From Carpediemonas membranifera BICM (taxonomy: Eukaryota; Protista; Fornicata), in contig JAHDYR010000053.1 of assembly GCA_019828565.1 (NCBI GenBank), positions 160,214 through 224,213 on the forward strand: DNA of 64,000 nt, read 5' to 3'. The stretch's first letter is position 1. Every line of letters starts with the position of its first letter. This document shows positions 21,045-31,509 of the stretch, one piece after another. Below the pieces are notes generated by a model. The model worked only from the letters and a program-made list of their open reading frames with translations. It was not told where the DNA came from and searched no databases. The position numbers were made by a program, and so were the translations under genes.

Positions 21045-23721
21045 ATGCATGAACGCGGCGTGGAGGGAGTGGCAGAGGTTGGGAGCATCACAACGGGTGA
21101 TCAACTGGTTACGATACGGGGTCGAGATCCGTCTGAGAAGTCAACCACCAGCACCAAGGCAACAGCCGACAGTCGACCCATTCATTGTCCAGCAGATTCC
21201 TTCCTTGATAGAGACAGGCGTCATAGAGCAAGTGAATCCCTCTTCCCTGCGACACACCGCCTCGCTGTTTACTGTGCCGAAGGGCGAGTCGAAGAGGATC
21301 ATTCACAACCTCACGATACTGAACGACTGCTCGGCAGAGCGCTCATCCTTCCGGCTCTACGGTCTGTGCAGAGCTCTCTCCCTTCTCCAGAGGGGCGACT
21401 GGATGGTCAAGTTCGACCTCAAGTCCGGGTACCATCAAGTACCAGTACGGAAGGAGGACCGCAAGCTGCTAGGAGTCTATCTTCCAGACGGACGAGCGTT
21501 TCAGTACAGAGTGCTAGGCTTCGGCTGGCGCGCATCGCCGTTCGTGTTTCAGACGATCACCAACCAACTCGCCAAGATACTAGCCCTTCGGACGGGTCTT
21601 ACCATCGTTGTCTACCTCGACGACTTCCTCTTATTTCACCGCGACCGAGAAATCCTGAGGAGGGCGGTGCCGCGCATCAGGCGGACTCTAGCCGACCTCT
21701 GTGTCCTCACCTCAGAGGAGAAGTCAGAATGGGCACCGACTCAGTCATTGGTCTATCTGGGGCTCGTGATAGACTCCGCGAGTTTTACAATACGCCTCCC
21801 GGCGGACAAGGCCAAACGTTACTCCTCTCACATTCATCAGGCTCTGGCAGGCAAGACCATCGATCAGGAGACTTGGGCCAAGATCCTCGGGAGACTGACT
21901 TACTTCGCTACAACCGCCCACGGGGCTTTCCTCCGGCTGAGACACCTTCAACAGGACCCACTCTCCAAGGAGCTACTGCAAGAGTGGCTGCTACTGCTAA
22001 GAGAGCGCCCAGTCCGAGACATCAGAGAACTTCAGTCGCTTTGGGGCGCTCACCCCTCCTTAGACCTCGTCGTATCGACAGACGCATCTGGAGTCAAGTG
22101 GGGAGCAGCCGTGCACGGCGAGTATGGGACCTCAGCCTCGGGCACGTTCACTCCAGAACTAAGAGCAGAATCTATCAACGTGAAGGAGCTCGCGGGAATC
22201 CTACAGGGCATCCGTCTGATCGGCAGACAGAGTTCCCAACGCGAGCTATCGATCTTCTCAGACAACACATCAGCTCTGGCCTGGCTCAACAAGGCGGGGT
22301 CTACGAAGGCTCCACCTCAGGCCCTGCACATTCTAGCCCAGATCCAGAAGGAGGCGGAGGACCGGAACCTGACACTCCGTGGACTACACACTCCGGGCAT
22401 CATCAACCTGGCAGCAGATCGGCTGTCCAGAGGCTTCTCACGACTCCCTTCCTCTCTGGAGTCCAGCATGGAATCTGTCCTCGCGGAGTGGGGTCCAGTC
22501 CAGACAGTCTCAGCGGACGTAGACGTAAGGCTTGGATGTCGCGTCCTCTGGGCCCCCAATTCGTCTATGGCAGCCATAGTCCAGAAGATAGCGACAGCGA
22601 GAGTTCAGACTCAGACTGGACACCCGAGGTCTTGGACCTCAGCAGTCTTTCTCCTCTACCCAGAGGTTCAAGCGCCGGAGATGAGACTCCTCAAGAGTTG
22701 GACGTCCTGGAAACTCCGTCTCTCCGTCCCGGCTTCGAGCTCAGATCTGGCCCACCTACTTCACCTACAGGACAGAGGACGCCTACGGTTCAATGTGATG
22801 GCGTTCAGGACGTTTTCCACAGAGTCCTCAGGTCGGACAGAGTGATTCACCTTAATCACGCGTCTGCTCGGACGGTGGCCGGCTGGGTGGCCAGGTTCGA
22901 AGGCTCTCGCGATCGCAGCCTGTCGGATCGAGACCAGCTTGTAGCCTTCCTCAAGGACGAAGGCTCCTTCTGCGGGCCATCGAACGTGGCGAGGAAGGGC
23001 TACTGGATTGTTCAGCTACAGGAGTTCCTCAAAGACTGGCATCCGCCCGCCAACTCCAAGTACATCGTTAAGCAGGCGGCTAAGGGCGCCAGCACGGCGG
23101 GAACTACCGGCGGCTCGCGCGCCATCACCAAGGCTGAGATGATCGAGGCACTGGGGCGCCGGAGTGACGACTTTGAGTCATATCAGGCATGTCTCTTTGG
23201 GGCAGTCGCCTATCTGACGGTGTCCAGAGGCATCGAGATACTCTCCCTATGCCCGGCCGACCTGGAGCTACTCAAGAACGGCGACATTCTCCTACACATT
23301 CAGCGGACCAAGACCATCCTAACGGGAGTTAAGAAGCGCGTACCATACGTATGGCTATCAGCCGCCTTCAACCCGGCCTTGGCACTTAGACGCTGGGTCG
23401 AGGGCACACACTACCTGGCTGATGACACCCCCATCTGGCGAGTCATAGTCAACGGGCGCCTGAGCAGAGACAAACCGCTCACAGCCGCACACCTCCGACG
23501 AGTCGTGAAGGCGTTGTTCGGTCCACGGACGGGTCTCCACAGCTTCCGTAAGGGGGGCAGCGTCGGAGATGGCTCTATCAGGAGTCCCGCTGGAGGTGAT
23601 CCTCTCAATGGGCACATGGAAGGACGTCACCTCCCTCCGCAGCTATGTCGCTGACGCCATCAGAACAAACGAGGACCTCACCAGGAGGATGAACCTCAGC
23701 CTTCTCGGGCCCCACTTTTAA
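21045..23721 (+). CDS. E1a tyrosine recombinase ORF overlapping RT (+1 frameshift in G-run at ~23552-23557)
   Basis: SRGIE, RTKT, HSFR, GTW, RSY catalytic residues by comparison with the intact E1b copy. Confidence 0.88.
21049..22845 (+). CDS. E1a RT-RNase H-degenerate methyltransferase-like ORF
   Basis: DIRS-type AWREW...WLRYG, DLKSGYHQ, YLDD, TDAS, ESINVKE, SDN, ADRLSR, EWGP. Confidence 0.93.
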   Translation: MNAAWREWQRLGASQRVINWLRYGVEIRLRSQPPAPRQQPTVDPFIVQQIPSLIETGVIEQVNPSSLRHTASLFTVPKGESKRIIHNLTILNDCSAERSSFRLYGLCRALSLLQRGDWMVKFDLKSGYHQVPVRKEDRKLLGVYLPDGRAFQYRVLGFGWRASPFVFQTITNQLAKILALRTGLTIVVYLDDFLLFHRDREILRRAVPRIRRTLADLCVLTSEEKSEWAPTQSLVYLGLVIDSASFTIRLPADKAKRYSSHIHQALAGKTIDQETWAKILGRLTYFATTAHGAFLRLRHLQQDPLSKELLQEWLLLLRERPVRDIRELQSLWGAHPSLDLVVSTDASGVKWGAAVHGEYGTSASGTFTPELRAESINVKELAGILQGIRLIGRQSSQRELSIFSDNTSALAWLNKAGSTKAPPQALHILAQIQKEAEDRNLTLRGLHTPGIINLAADRLSRGFSRLPSSLESSMESVLAEWGPVQTVSADVDVRLGCRVLWAPNSSMAAIVQKIATARVQTQTGHPRSWTSAVFLLYPEVQAPEMRLLKSWTSWKLRLSVPASSSDLAHLLHLQDRGRLRFNVMAFRTFSTESSGRTE

Positions 23722-24262
23722 CCACCCCCTCCATTAAACATCCGCGTTCGAGGGGGAACGGCCGAGGCGAGACGGACTCGCCGGCCTGGATTCATCATTA
23801 ATTCTTAACTCTGGTCGAGGCGAGATAGACTCGCCGGCCCAAAGCTTTAGTCCCACAGGGACGTCTTGCGGGATTGTCCCATTTTGGTTGGATTTAAGAG
23901 GAGGGCTCTCTGTTATAGAGCCACACTTTGTGGATCCTGTCACAGGACCATCACTGGCACCTGCGCGCGCCGATCAATGTGCACTTTAGGTCACACTTCG
24001 AAACGCATCGGCAGGTGTCGGAGCCGTTAGGACCTGACCGGACCGCGAGACGAGGATTTACCCGGGTCTGTCATAAGAGCTCGGGGAAGCCACCCGAAGT
24101 AAATACTCGCCCCCCCCATTTTGGTTGGATTTAAGAGGAGGGCTCTCTGTTATAGAGCCACACTTTGTGGAGCTCTCTGTTTCCTGTCACAGGACCATCA
24201 CTGGCACCTGCGCGCGCCGATCAATGTGCACTTTAGGTCACACTTCGAAACGCATCGGCAGG

Positions 24263-24745
24263 ATGTCTGATAACGAAGACCTGCCGCCGCAAGACAGTCC
24301 CGATGAGCTTAACAAGCGTATCGAGAAGCTGGAGCGCTTGGTTAAGATACAATCGGAAGCAATTTTGGAGCAGCAAGCAGAAGCAGCTCGCCGTCCACTG
24401 TTCCTGGAGATGCCAAAGAGGTTCGGCCTCGAAGATGAGGCCAGATTCGTATACAAGACCATGAATAGGATCGAGAACGGCGCAAAGATGAAGGAGATCG
24501 GGAACATTCTCTTTGCAAGAATCCAGTACCTTCTAATCAAGGACGTGTACACTGACGCTACTGCAGAGCGGTTCGAGAACTATTGCAAGGCGAAGGGCGT
24601 GCCTGATCGCGACGAGGTCCTGGAACTGGCGGCCCGCGCCAAGTCTAAGGGCGATAAGCGCGACGCTAATTTTCGCCGCGGTGGCCGCGCTCAGGACCGA
24701 GGTCGCACTCAGACAGGATCCTCCGGCAAGAGAGCCCACACCTAA
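24263..24745 (+). CDS. E1b ORF1 (Gag-like)
   Basis: Same translation as E1a ORF1. Confidence 0.75.
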   Translation: MSDNEDLPPQDSPDELNKRIEKLERLVKIQSEAILEQQAEAARRPLFLEMPKRFGLEDEARFVYKTMNRIENGAKMKEIGNILFARIQYLLIKDVYTDATAERFENYCKAKGVPDRDEVLELAARAKSKGDKRDANFRRGGRAQDRGRTQTGSSGKRAHT

Positions 24746-24755
24746 CCCTCTTTCC

Positions 24756-27431
24756 ATGCATGAACGCGGCGTGGAGGGAGTGGCAGAGGTTGGGAGCATC
24801 ACAACGGGTGATCAACTGGTTACGATACGGGGTCGAGATCCGTCTGAGAAGTCAACCACCAGCACCAAGGTAACAGCCGACAGTCGACCCATTCATTGTC
24901 CAGCAGATTCCTTCCTTGATAGAGACAGGCGTCATAGAGCAAGTGAATCCCTCTTCCCTGCGACACACCGCCTCGCTGTTTACTGTGCCGAAGGGCGAGT
25001 CGAAGAGGATCATTCACAACCTCACGATACTGAACGACTGCTCGGCAGAGCGCTCATCCTTCCGGCTCTACGGTCTGCGCAGAGCTCTCTCCCTTCTCCA
25101 GAGGGGCGACTGGATGGTCAAGTTCGACCTCAAGTCCGGGTACCATCAAGTACCAGTACGGAAGGAGGACCGCAAGCTGCTAGGAGTCTATCTTCCAGAC
25201 GGACGAGCGTTTCAGTACAGAGTGCTAGGCTTCGGCTGGCGCGCATCGCCGTTCGTGTTTCAGACGATCACCAACCAACTCGCCAAGATACTAGCCCTTC
25301 GGACGGGTCTTACCATCGTTGTCTACCTCGACGACTTCCTCTTATTTCACCGCGACCGAGAAATCCTGAGGAGGGCGGTGCCGCGCATCAGGCGGACTCT
25401 AGCCGACCTCTGTGTCCTCACCTCAGAGGAGAAGTCAGAATGGGCACCGACTCAGTCATTGGTCTATCTGGGGCTCGTGATAGACTCCGCGAGTTTTACA
25501 ATACGCCTCCCGGCGGACAAGGCCAAACGTTACTCCTCTCACATTCATCAGGCTCTGGCAGGCAAGACCATCGATCAGGAGACTTGGGCCAAGATCCTCG
25601 GGAGACTGACTTACTTCGCTACAACCGCCCACGGGGCTTTCCTCCGGCTGAGACACCTTCAACAGGACCCACTCTCCAAGGAGCTACTGCAAGAGTGGCT
25701 GCTACTGCTAAGAGAGCGCCCAGTCCGAGACATCAGAGAACTTCAGTCGCTTTGGGGCGCTCACCCCTCCTTAGACCTCGTCGTATCGACAGACGCATCT
25801 GGAGTCAAGTGGGGAGCAGCCGTGCACGGCGAGTATGGGACCTCAGCCTCGGGCACGTTCACTCCAGAACTAAGAGCAGAATCTATCAACGTGAAGGAGC
25901 TCGCGGGAATCCTACAGGGCATCCGTCTGATCGGCAGACAGAGTTCCCAACGCGAGCTATCGATCTTCTCAGACAACACATCAGCTCTGGCCTGGCTCAA
26001 CAAGGCGGGGTCTACGAAGGCTCCACCTCAGGCCCTGCACATTCTAGCCCAGATCCAGAAGGAGGCGGAGGACCGGAACCTGACACTCCGTGGACTACAC
26101 ACTCCGGGCATCATCAACCTGGCAGCAGATCGGCTGTCCAGAGGCTTCTCACGACTCCCTTCCTCTCTGGAGTCCAGCATGGAATCTGTCCTCGCGGAGT
26201 GGGGTCCAGTCCAGACAGTCTCAGCGGACGTAGACGTAAGGCTTGGATGTCGCGTCCTCTGGGCCCCCAATTCGTCTATGGCAGCCATAGTCCAGAAGAT
26301 AGCGACAGCGAGAGTTCAGACTCAGACTGGACACCCGAGGTCTTGGACCTCAGCAGTCTTTCTCCTCTACCCAGAGGTTCAAGCGCCGGAGATGAGACTC
26401 CTCAAGAGTTGGACGTCCTGGAAACTCCGTCTCTCCGTCCCGGCTTCGAGCTCAGATCTGGCCCACCTACTTCACCTACAGGACAGAGGACGCCTACGGT
26501 TCAATTTGATGGCGTTCAGGACGTTTTCCACAGAGTCCTCAGGTCGGACAGAGTGATTCACCTTAATCACGCGTCTGCTCGGACGGTGGCCGGCTGGGTG
26601 GCCAGGTTCGAAGGCTCTCGCGATCGCAGCCTGTCGGATCGAGACCAGCTTGTAGCCTTCCTCAAGGACGAAGGCTCCTTCTGCGGGCCATCGAACGTGG
26701 CGAGGAAGGGCTACTGGATTGTTCAGCTACAGGAGTTCCTCAAAGACTGGCATCCGCCCGCCAACTCCAAGTACATCGTTAAGCAGGCGGCTAAGGGCGC
26801 CAGCACGGCGGGAACTACCGGCGGCTCGCGCGCCATCACCAAGGCTGAGATGATCGAGGCACTGGGGCGCCGGAGTGACGACTTTGAGTCATATCAGGCA
26901 TGTCTCTTTGGGGCAGTCGCCTATCTGACGGTGTCCAGAGGCATCGAGATACTCTCCCTATGCCCGGCCGACCTGGAGCTACTCAAGAACGGCGACATTC
27001 TCCTACACATTCAGCGGACCAAGACCATCCTAACGGGAGTTAAGAAGCGCGTACCATACGTATGGCTATCAGCCGCCTTCAACCCGGCCTTGGCACTTAG
27101 ACGCTGGGTCGAGGGCACACACTACCTGGCTGATGACACCCCCATCTGGCGAGTCATAGTCAACGGGCGCCTGAGCAGAGACAAACCGCTCACAGCCGCA
27201 CACCTCCGACGAGTCGTGAAGGCGTTGTTCGGTCCACGGACGGGTCTCCACAGCTTCCGTAAGGGGGCAGCGTCGGAGATGGCTCTATCAGGAGTCCCGC
27301 TGGAGGTGATCCTCTCAATGGGCACATGGAAGGACGTCACCTCCCTCCGCAGCTATGTCGCTGACGCCATCAGAACAAACGAGGACCTCACCAGGAGGAT
27401 GAACCTCAGCCTTCTCGGGCCCCACTTTTAA
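24756..27431 (+). CDS. E1b tyrosine recombinase (intact)
   Basis: R-K-HxxR-W-Y catalytic set in the C-terminal ~290 aa. Confidence 0.92.
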   Translation: MHERGVEGVAEVGSITTGDQLVTIRGRDPSEKSTTSTKVTADSRPIHCPADSFLDRDRRHRASESLFPATHRLAVYCAEGRVEEDHSQPHDTERLLGRALILPALRSAQSSLPSPEGRLDGQVRPQVRVPSSTSTEGGPQAARSLSSRRTSVSVQSARLRLARIAVRVSDDHQPTRQDTSPSDGSYHRCLPRRLPLISPRPRNPEEGGAAHQADSSRPLCPHLRGEVRMGTDSVIGLSGARDRLREFYNTPPGGQGQTLLLSHSSGSGRQDHRSGDLGQDPRETDLLRYNRPRGFPPAETPSTGPTLQGATARVAATAKRAPSPRHQRTSVALGRSPLLRPRRIDRRIWSQVGSSRARRVWDLSLGHVHSRTKSRIYQREGARGNPTGHPSDRQTEFPTRAIDLLRQHISSGLAQQGGVYEGSTSGPAHSSPDPEGGGGPEPDTPWTTHSGHHQPGSRSAVQRLLTTPFLSGVQHGICPRGVGSSPDSLSGRRRKAWMSRPLGPQFVYGSHSPEDSDSESSDSDWTPEVLDLSSLSPLPRGSSAGDETPQELDVLETPSLRPGFELRSGPPTSPTGQRTPTVQFDGVQDVFHRVLRSDRVIHLNHASARTVAGWVARFEGSRDRSLSDRDQLVAFLKDEGSFCGPSNVARKGYWIVQLQEFLKDWHPPANSKYIVKQAAKGASTAGTTGGSRAITKAEMIEALGRRSDDFESYQACLFGAVAYLTVSRGIEILSLCPADLELLKNGDILLHIQRTKTILTGVKKRVPYVWLSAAFNPALALRRWVEGTHYLADDTPIWRVIVNGRLSRDKPLTAAHLRRVVKALFGPRTGLHSFRKGAASEMALSGVPLEVILSMGTWKDVTSLRSYVADAIRTNEDLTRRMNLSLLGPHF
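24760..26556 (+). pseudogene. E1b RT-RNase H with CAA>TAA at 24871
   Basis: Stop at codon 38 relative to E1a. Confidence 0.85.
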
Positions 27432-27894
27432 CCACCCCCTCCATTAAACATCCGCGTTCGAGGGGAACGGCCGAGGCGAGACGGACTCGCCGGCCTGGAT
27501 TCATCATTAATTCTTAACTCTGGTCGAGGCGAGATAGACTCGCCGGCCCAAAGCTTTAGTCCCACAGGGACGTCTTGCGGGATTGTCCCATTTTGGTTGG
27601 ATTTAAGAGGAGGGCTCTCTGTTATAGAGCCACACTTTGTGAATCCTGTCACAGGACCATCACTGGCACCTGCGCGCGCCGATCAATGTGCACTTTAGGT
27701 CACACTTCGAAACGCATCGGCAGGTGTCGGAGCCGTTTCGGACCTGACCGGATCGCGAGACGAGGATTTACCCGGGTCTGTCATAAGAGCTCGGGGAAGC
27801 CACCCGAAGTAAATACTCGCCCCCCCCCCATTTTGGTTGGATTTAAGAGGAGGGCTCTCTGTTATAGAGCCACACTTTGTGGACGTAAAAGAAG

Positions 27895-27967
27895 CGCCCA
27901 CCGAGGGGCTCGAACCCTCGACCACTGGATTAAGAGTCCAGCGCTCTACCGACTGAGCTAGACGGGC
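27895..27967 (-). tRNA. tRNA-Lys(CTT)
   Basis: 73-nt cloverleaf GCCCGTC...CTGGA-CT-CTT-AA-TCCAG...GAGGG-TTCGAGC-CCCTC-GGTGGGCG; no encoded CCA; T-rich trailer. Confidence 0.96.
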
Positions 27968-28014
27968 TTTTGGCAAGGCCAGCGGAGCCAAAACTTCGGC
28001 GCGAGAGGTCGAGG

Positions 28015-28590
28015 ATGATTCGATACGATCTCAAAGACGGGATCGTGCGTCTCATAAGGGCGGTTCAGTTGTTCAAGAGCGAACTGAAACAGATGGGAGA
28101 CGCCGCCCAAGAGATCGCAGAGCTCAAAGCCACCGTTCAACAGCTTCAAGACGCATTTACTGCCGGCGGCAACGTCCGAGAGACAGTAGATCTGCTTCGG
28201 CAAGAGACCACCATGACTTGGAAGCGTCCTGCTTCATCCACTATGCGCGAAGAGGCGGAGTTCCTCGAGGAGATCTACCGCAGCTTCAAGTTCAATCGAA
28301 TCAGTGGCTTCGCCGTACTCGCTCGCATCTTCCTCCGTCACCGAGTCCTATGGGTGAAGGACCGCTACGGCTACCTAGCCGCCTCTGCTGTCTCCACCGC
28401 GGGCATGGCCGCCCTTGCCGAGCGCCACGAGATGAACGAGACGGAGATCGAGACTCTCGTCCTCCGCACCCTGTCCAAGATCCCCCGCCTGACCGAGAAG
28501 AACACCAAGCCCGGCACCGGACATGACGGCGGCAACCGGGGTTTTCACGGGAAGAAGCCGAAGCGCACCGGCACGAAGAACTCAAACTAA
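28015..28590 (+). CDS. E2 ORF1 (Gag-like)
   Basis: Coiled coil, WKRPASSTMREEAEFL (similar to E3 WRHPDSLAMRNESEWL), basic tail. Confidence 0.72.
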   Translation: MIRYDLKDGIVRLIRAVQLFKSELKQMGDAAQEIAELKATVQQLQDAFTAGGNVRETVDLLRQETTMTWKRPASSTMREEAEFLEEIYRSFKFNRISGFAVLARIFLRHRVLWVKDRYGYLAASAVSTAGMAALAERHEMNETEIETLVLRTLSKIPRLTEKNTKPGTGHDGGNRGFHGKKPKRTGTKNSN

Positions 28591-28785
28591 GTCAAAAGAA
28601 ACCACCCATCAAGGATCCTCGCCCCGGTCCACAGGTCCTAACTCCTCATCCAACCACAAATCCCACTACTCCTCAATCTCCTCCCCTGTCACCGACGCCT
28701 CCTCCTCCCCCCGTCCACAGCACCTCCTCCCCCGTCAGTTCCACCATTTCCCTGCATCAACAGGCAGTGGCGCCTATGGAGGCAC

Positions 28786-30649
28786 TTGGGCGCGCCATCA
28801 GAGGTGGTTACGTGGCTACGCGAGGGCGTCCCGATATCCCTAAGAGCGCACCCTCGTCACCCGCGCCTACCACCAACTCGCGCCAAGGACCGCAAGGCAT
28901 TCCGCGACCACCTGAAAACCCTCCTGAGCCTGGGCGCGGCAAGCCCATGCCGGTCTCCCCAGCTTGATCTCACCTATCTTCACTGTGCCGAAGACGCCAC
29001 CAGAGACGCGTCTGATCCACGACCTAAGGGCATTGAACGCAGTGTCAACGGAACATCGAACCTTTCGGCTGAAGGGAGTCAAGCAAGCGATGGCCCAGCT
29101 TCGCGAAGGAGACTACATGGCACGCTTGGACCTAGTCAAGGGCTACTACCAGTTAGGGGTCAGGGCCTCGGACAGCCCGCTGCTGGGTTTCGTGGTCGAC
29201 GGGAGACCCTATGCCTTCAACGTCCTACCCTTCGGCTGGGGCCCAGCGCCATTCTTCTTCCAAAGGGTGATGCTGACAGCAGCGCAGATCGTAGCACGGA
29301 TGTTCCCAGGCATCAACTTGACCATCTATCTCGACGACTGGCTCCTGTCCGGGGACAAGAAGACACTGACCGCTGCGATGCCCGGCATACTACAGCTCCT
29401 AGAGAACCTCGGCCTGGTCATCAACAGGAAGAAATCGCAGCTCTCACCCACGCAGCAGACCGACTTCCTTGGCTTCGTCATGGACTCTGGCCGGCGGGGG
29501 ATCGCTCTGCAGGACAGCAAGCGGCAGAAGTACCTCTCACGAGTCAGGGAGGCCTTGGCATCGGGGGCCACGACACACAGCATGCAGCGGTTGTTGGGCA
29601 ATCTCGGCTTTGCAGCCATCATTTGGCCGGAGGGCCGAGCCGCTATCAGACCCCTCCAGAGAGCCCAACTGAAGGACCGCTACCGCACACTCATATCCGG
29701 CGAAGCGAGAGAAGCACTGATCCAATGGGAGCGCCGCTTATCACGGCCATCTCCGATAAGGTCCTTCCAAGAGCTGCTTCACCTGTGGGGTCTGTCTCCG
29801 ACGCTCCACATCACAGCGATGACAGACGCCTCTCACTCAGGACTCGGCGGAGTGATCACAATCCCGGGCCGTCAACCCTTCACCTTCACCAGGCCGGCCC
29901 CGGTGGACGAGCACATCACATTGCTCGAGTTCCGAGCAGTGGAACAAGCAGTGAGACTGATCCTAGCAGAGCCGTTGACAGACGCGGAGGTCACCATCTA
30001 CTCCGACTCGGTGGCAGCAGTCAGCTGGTGGAACAAGCAAGGCTCAACCAAGGCTCCGCAGTTTGTAGACTCAGTCATACGGGACCTGCTACCCACACTG
30101 AGCGAAAGGGCCATCAGGATAAGGCTCCTTCACGTCTCTGGTCACTTGAACGTCCAAGCCGACGCATTGTCGAGGTCCGAAACGCTCTCAGCGCCTCGTC
30201 GGATCATCGACAGGATCACAGCCGAGTGGGGTCCCATGCAGAAAGAGATCTGGCCCTCCGAGTGGCTTGGAGCTCGAGTAGAACGCAGCCCGTCGACGGT
30301 CGACGACAGCAGGTTCATAGACATGGACTGGTCGACAGGAAGGTGGCTAGCAGTGACACCCTTCGCGCTCCTATCAGCAGTATATGCAAAGCTGTGCCAC
30401 CTCCACATTGCAAGGACCACACAGCCGAGATCCCTACCAAGTGCCCTCGTCCTGCTAGTGTCCGACTGCAGATCGCCGACGGCAGTTGCGCTGAGAGAGC
30501 TGACTCCGCACCGCATGTTCTTCAGAGTCAAAGCGGAGGACGCGGACCTATCAGCGATCACCCCCCTGCAGGCGGACGGCACATACCGATTGGCGGCCCT
30601 GTTTGTGGGAGTGACATCTTCACCATCTCCCTCGAGGGTGACATGTTAA
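28786..30649 (+). CDS. E2 RT-RNase H-MT-like (frameshift in C-run at ~28957-28960; start uncertain)
   Basis: DLVKGYYQ, LPFG, YLDD, TDAS, LLE, SDS, ADALSR. The inverted copy is in frame across 28960. Confidence 0.9.
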
Positions 30650-31509
30650 GTGGATTCGTAGACAAGCGCCACGTCGCGGGTGTGCTCCAACAGTTCTCGG
30701 GTTTCTGGGGTGCCCTTCCACCTGACACTAGCAGCATCGAAGTCATAAGAGCATGGGCCAAGGACCAAGCCTCGAGGGTCACCAAGGATACAATCACCTC
30801 GAAGTGGAGCCTAATCCGTCGCTTCTTCGGCCGGGTGTCATCATGGGAACCACCGCTGGACGCCGACGCAGTCATCAAAGAGCAGGCAAGGAACGCTCTT
30901 GGGAAGCTTAGAGGGCCTGCTCTCCCGATTCGCGCGCACACTCTGGTTGACAGGCTTCGGGCTGCCCACCCTCAGTCTCGAGACGACGACCTTTGGAAGG
31001 AGGCTTTCGCCTTTGCACTGACCACCTACGCCACGACCTCCAGGCCAGGAGAGATCTATGCCCTGCATGTTGGTGACGTTAGAGCGGAGAGCGCGCGCCG
31101 CGGGCTAAGAATCTCCATCCACGGCACTAAGACCCGGCGAGTGGTCGTTGAGAAGCTCGTCCCGAGAGTCGACGGGGAGCTAGACCCGGCTCACTGGCTA
31201 TCTGAGGTCCTAGTCAATAGGATAGATGCAGGCGCGGTGGCCGAAGACCCTCTCTGGTCGCACCCCTACTCAGTCATTGAGGACCAGGTGAAGGGCATCA
31301 TCTCCACGCAGGCTCGGCTGCACGGTCTGCGCCGCGGGAGCGCGGCTGACCTGGTTCTGATGGGTATCCCTATCCCGGTTGTTGCGGCGAAGGGCACATG
31401 GGCTGACCAGAACTCATTGATCCGTTATGTGGAAGACGTGCTTCGCCTGGACTACAGCACGTCCGTAGCCCCGTTCAGAGCCTTATTAGAGAAGGATAAG
31501 AAGAGATAA
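30643..31509 (+). CDS. E2 tyrosine recombinase domain (C-terminus of a long ORF overlapping RT)
   Basis: TSRPGE, GTKT, HGLR, GTW, IRY. Confidence 0.88.
   Translation: MLSGFVDKRHVAGVLQQFSGFWGALPPDTSSIEVIRAWAKDQASRVTKDTITSKWSLIRRFFGRVSSWEPPLDADAVIKEQARNALGKLRGPALPIRAHTLVDRLRAAHPQSRDDDLWKEAFAFALTTYATTSRPGEIYALHVGDVRAESARRGLRISIHGTKTRRVVVEKLVPRVDGELDPAHWLSEVLVNRIDAGAVAEDPLWSHPYSVIEDQVKGIISTQARLHGLRRGSAADLVLMGIPIPVVAAKGTWADQNSLIRYVEDVLRLDYSTSVAPFRALLEKDKKR

Larger units (their letters stand above)
20471..24171 (+). mobile_element. Tyrosine-recombinase retrotransposon E1a (DIRS order, split direct repeats A1...B1-A2-spacer-B2; PAT/Ngaro type)
   Basis: A (81 bp) at 20471-20551 and 23935-24015; B (57 bp) at 23878-23934 and 24115-24171; gag, RT-RH, YR ORFs; no TSD. 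Confidence 0.93.
24182..27883 (+). mobile_element. YR retrotransposon E1b (RT has premature stop)
   Basis: Near-identical to E1a; A 24182-24262 / 27644-27724, B 27587-27643 / 27827-27883. Confidence 0.93.

Noticed and set aside
27892-27912. Classical retroviral tRNA-Lys PBS upstream of E2
   Set aside because: There is no TGG complementary to CCA, and the match covers a whole 73-nt gene with a T-rich trailer, so it is annotated as a tRNA gene. A priming role remains only a hypothesis.
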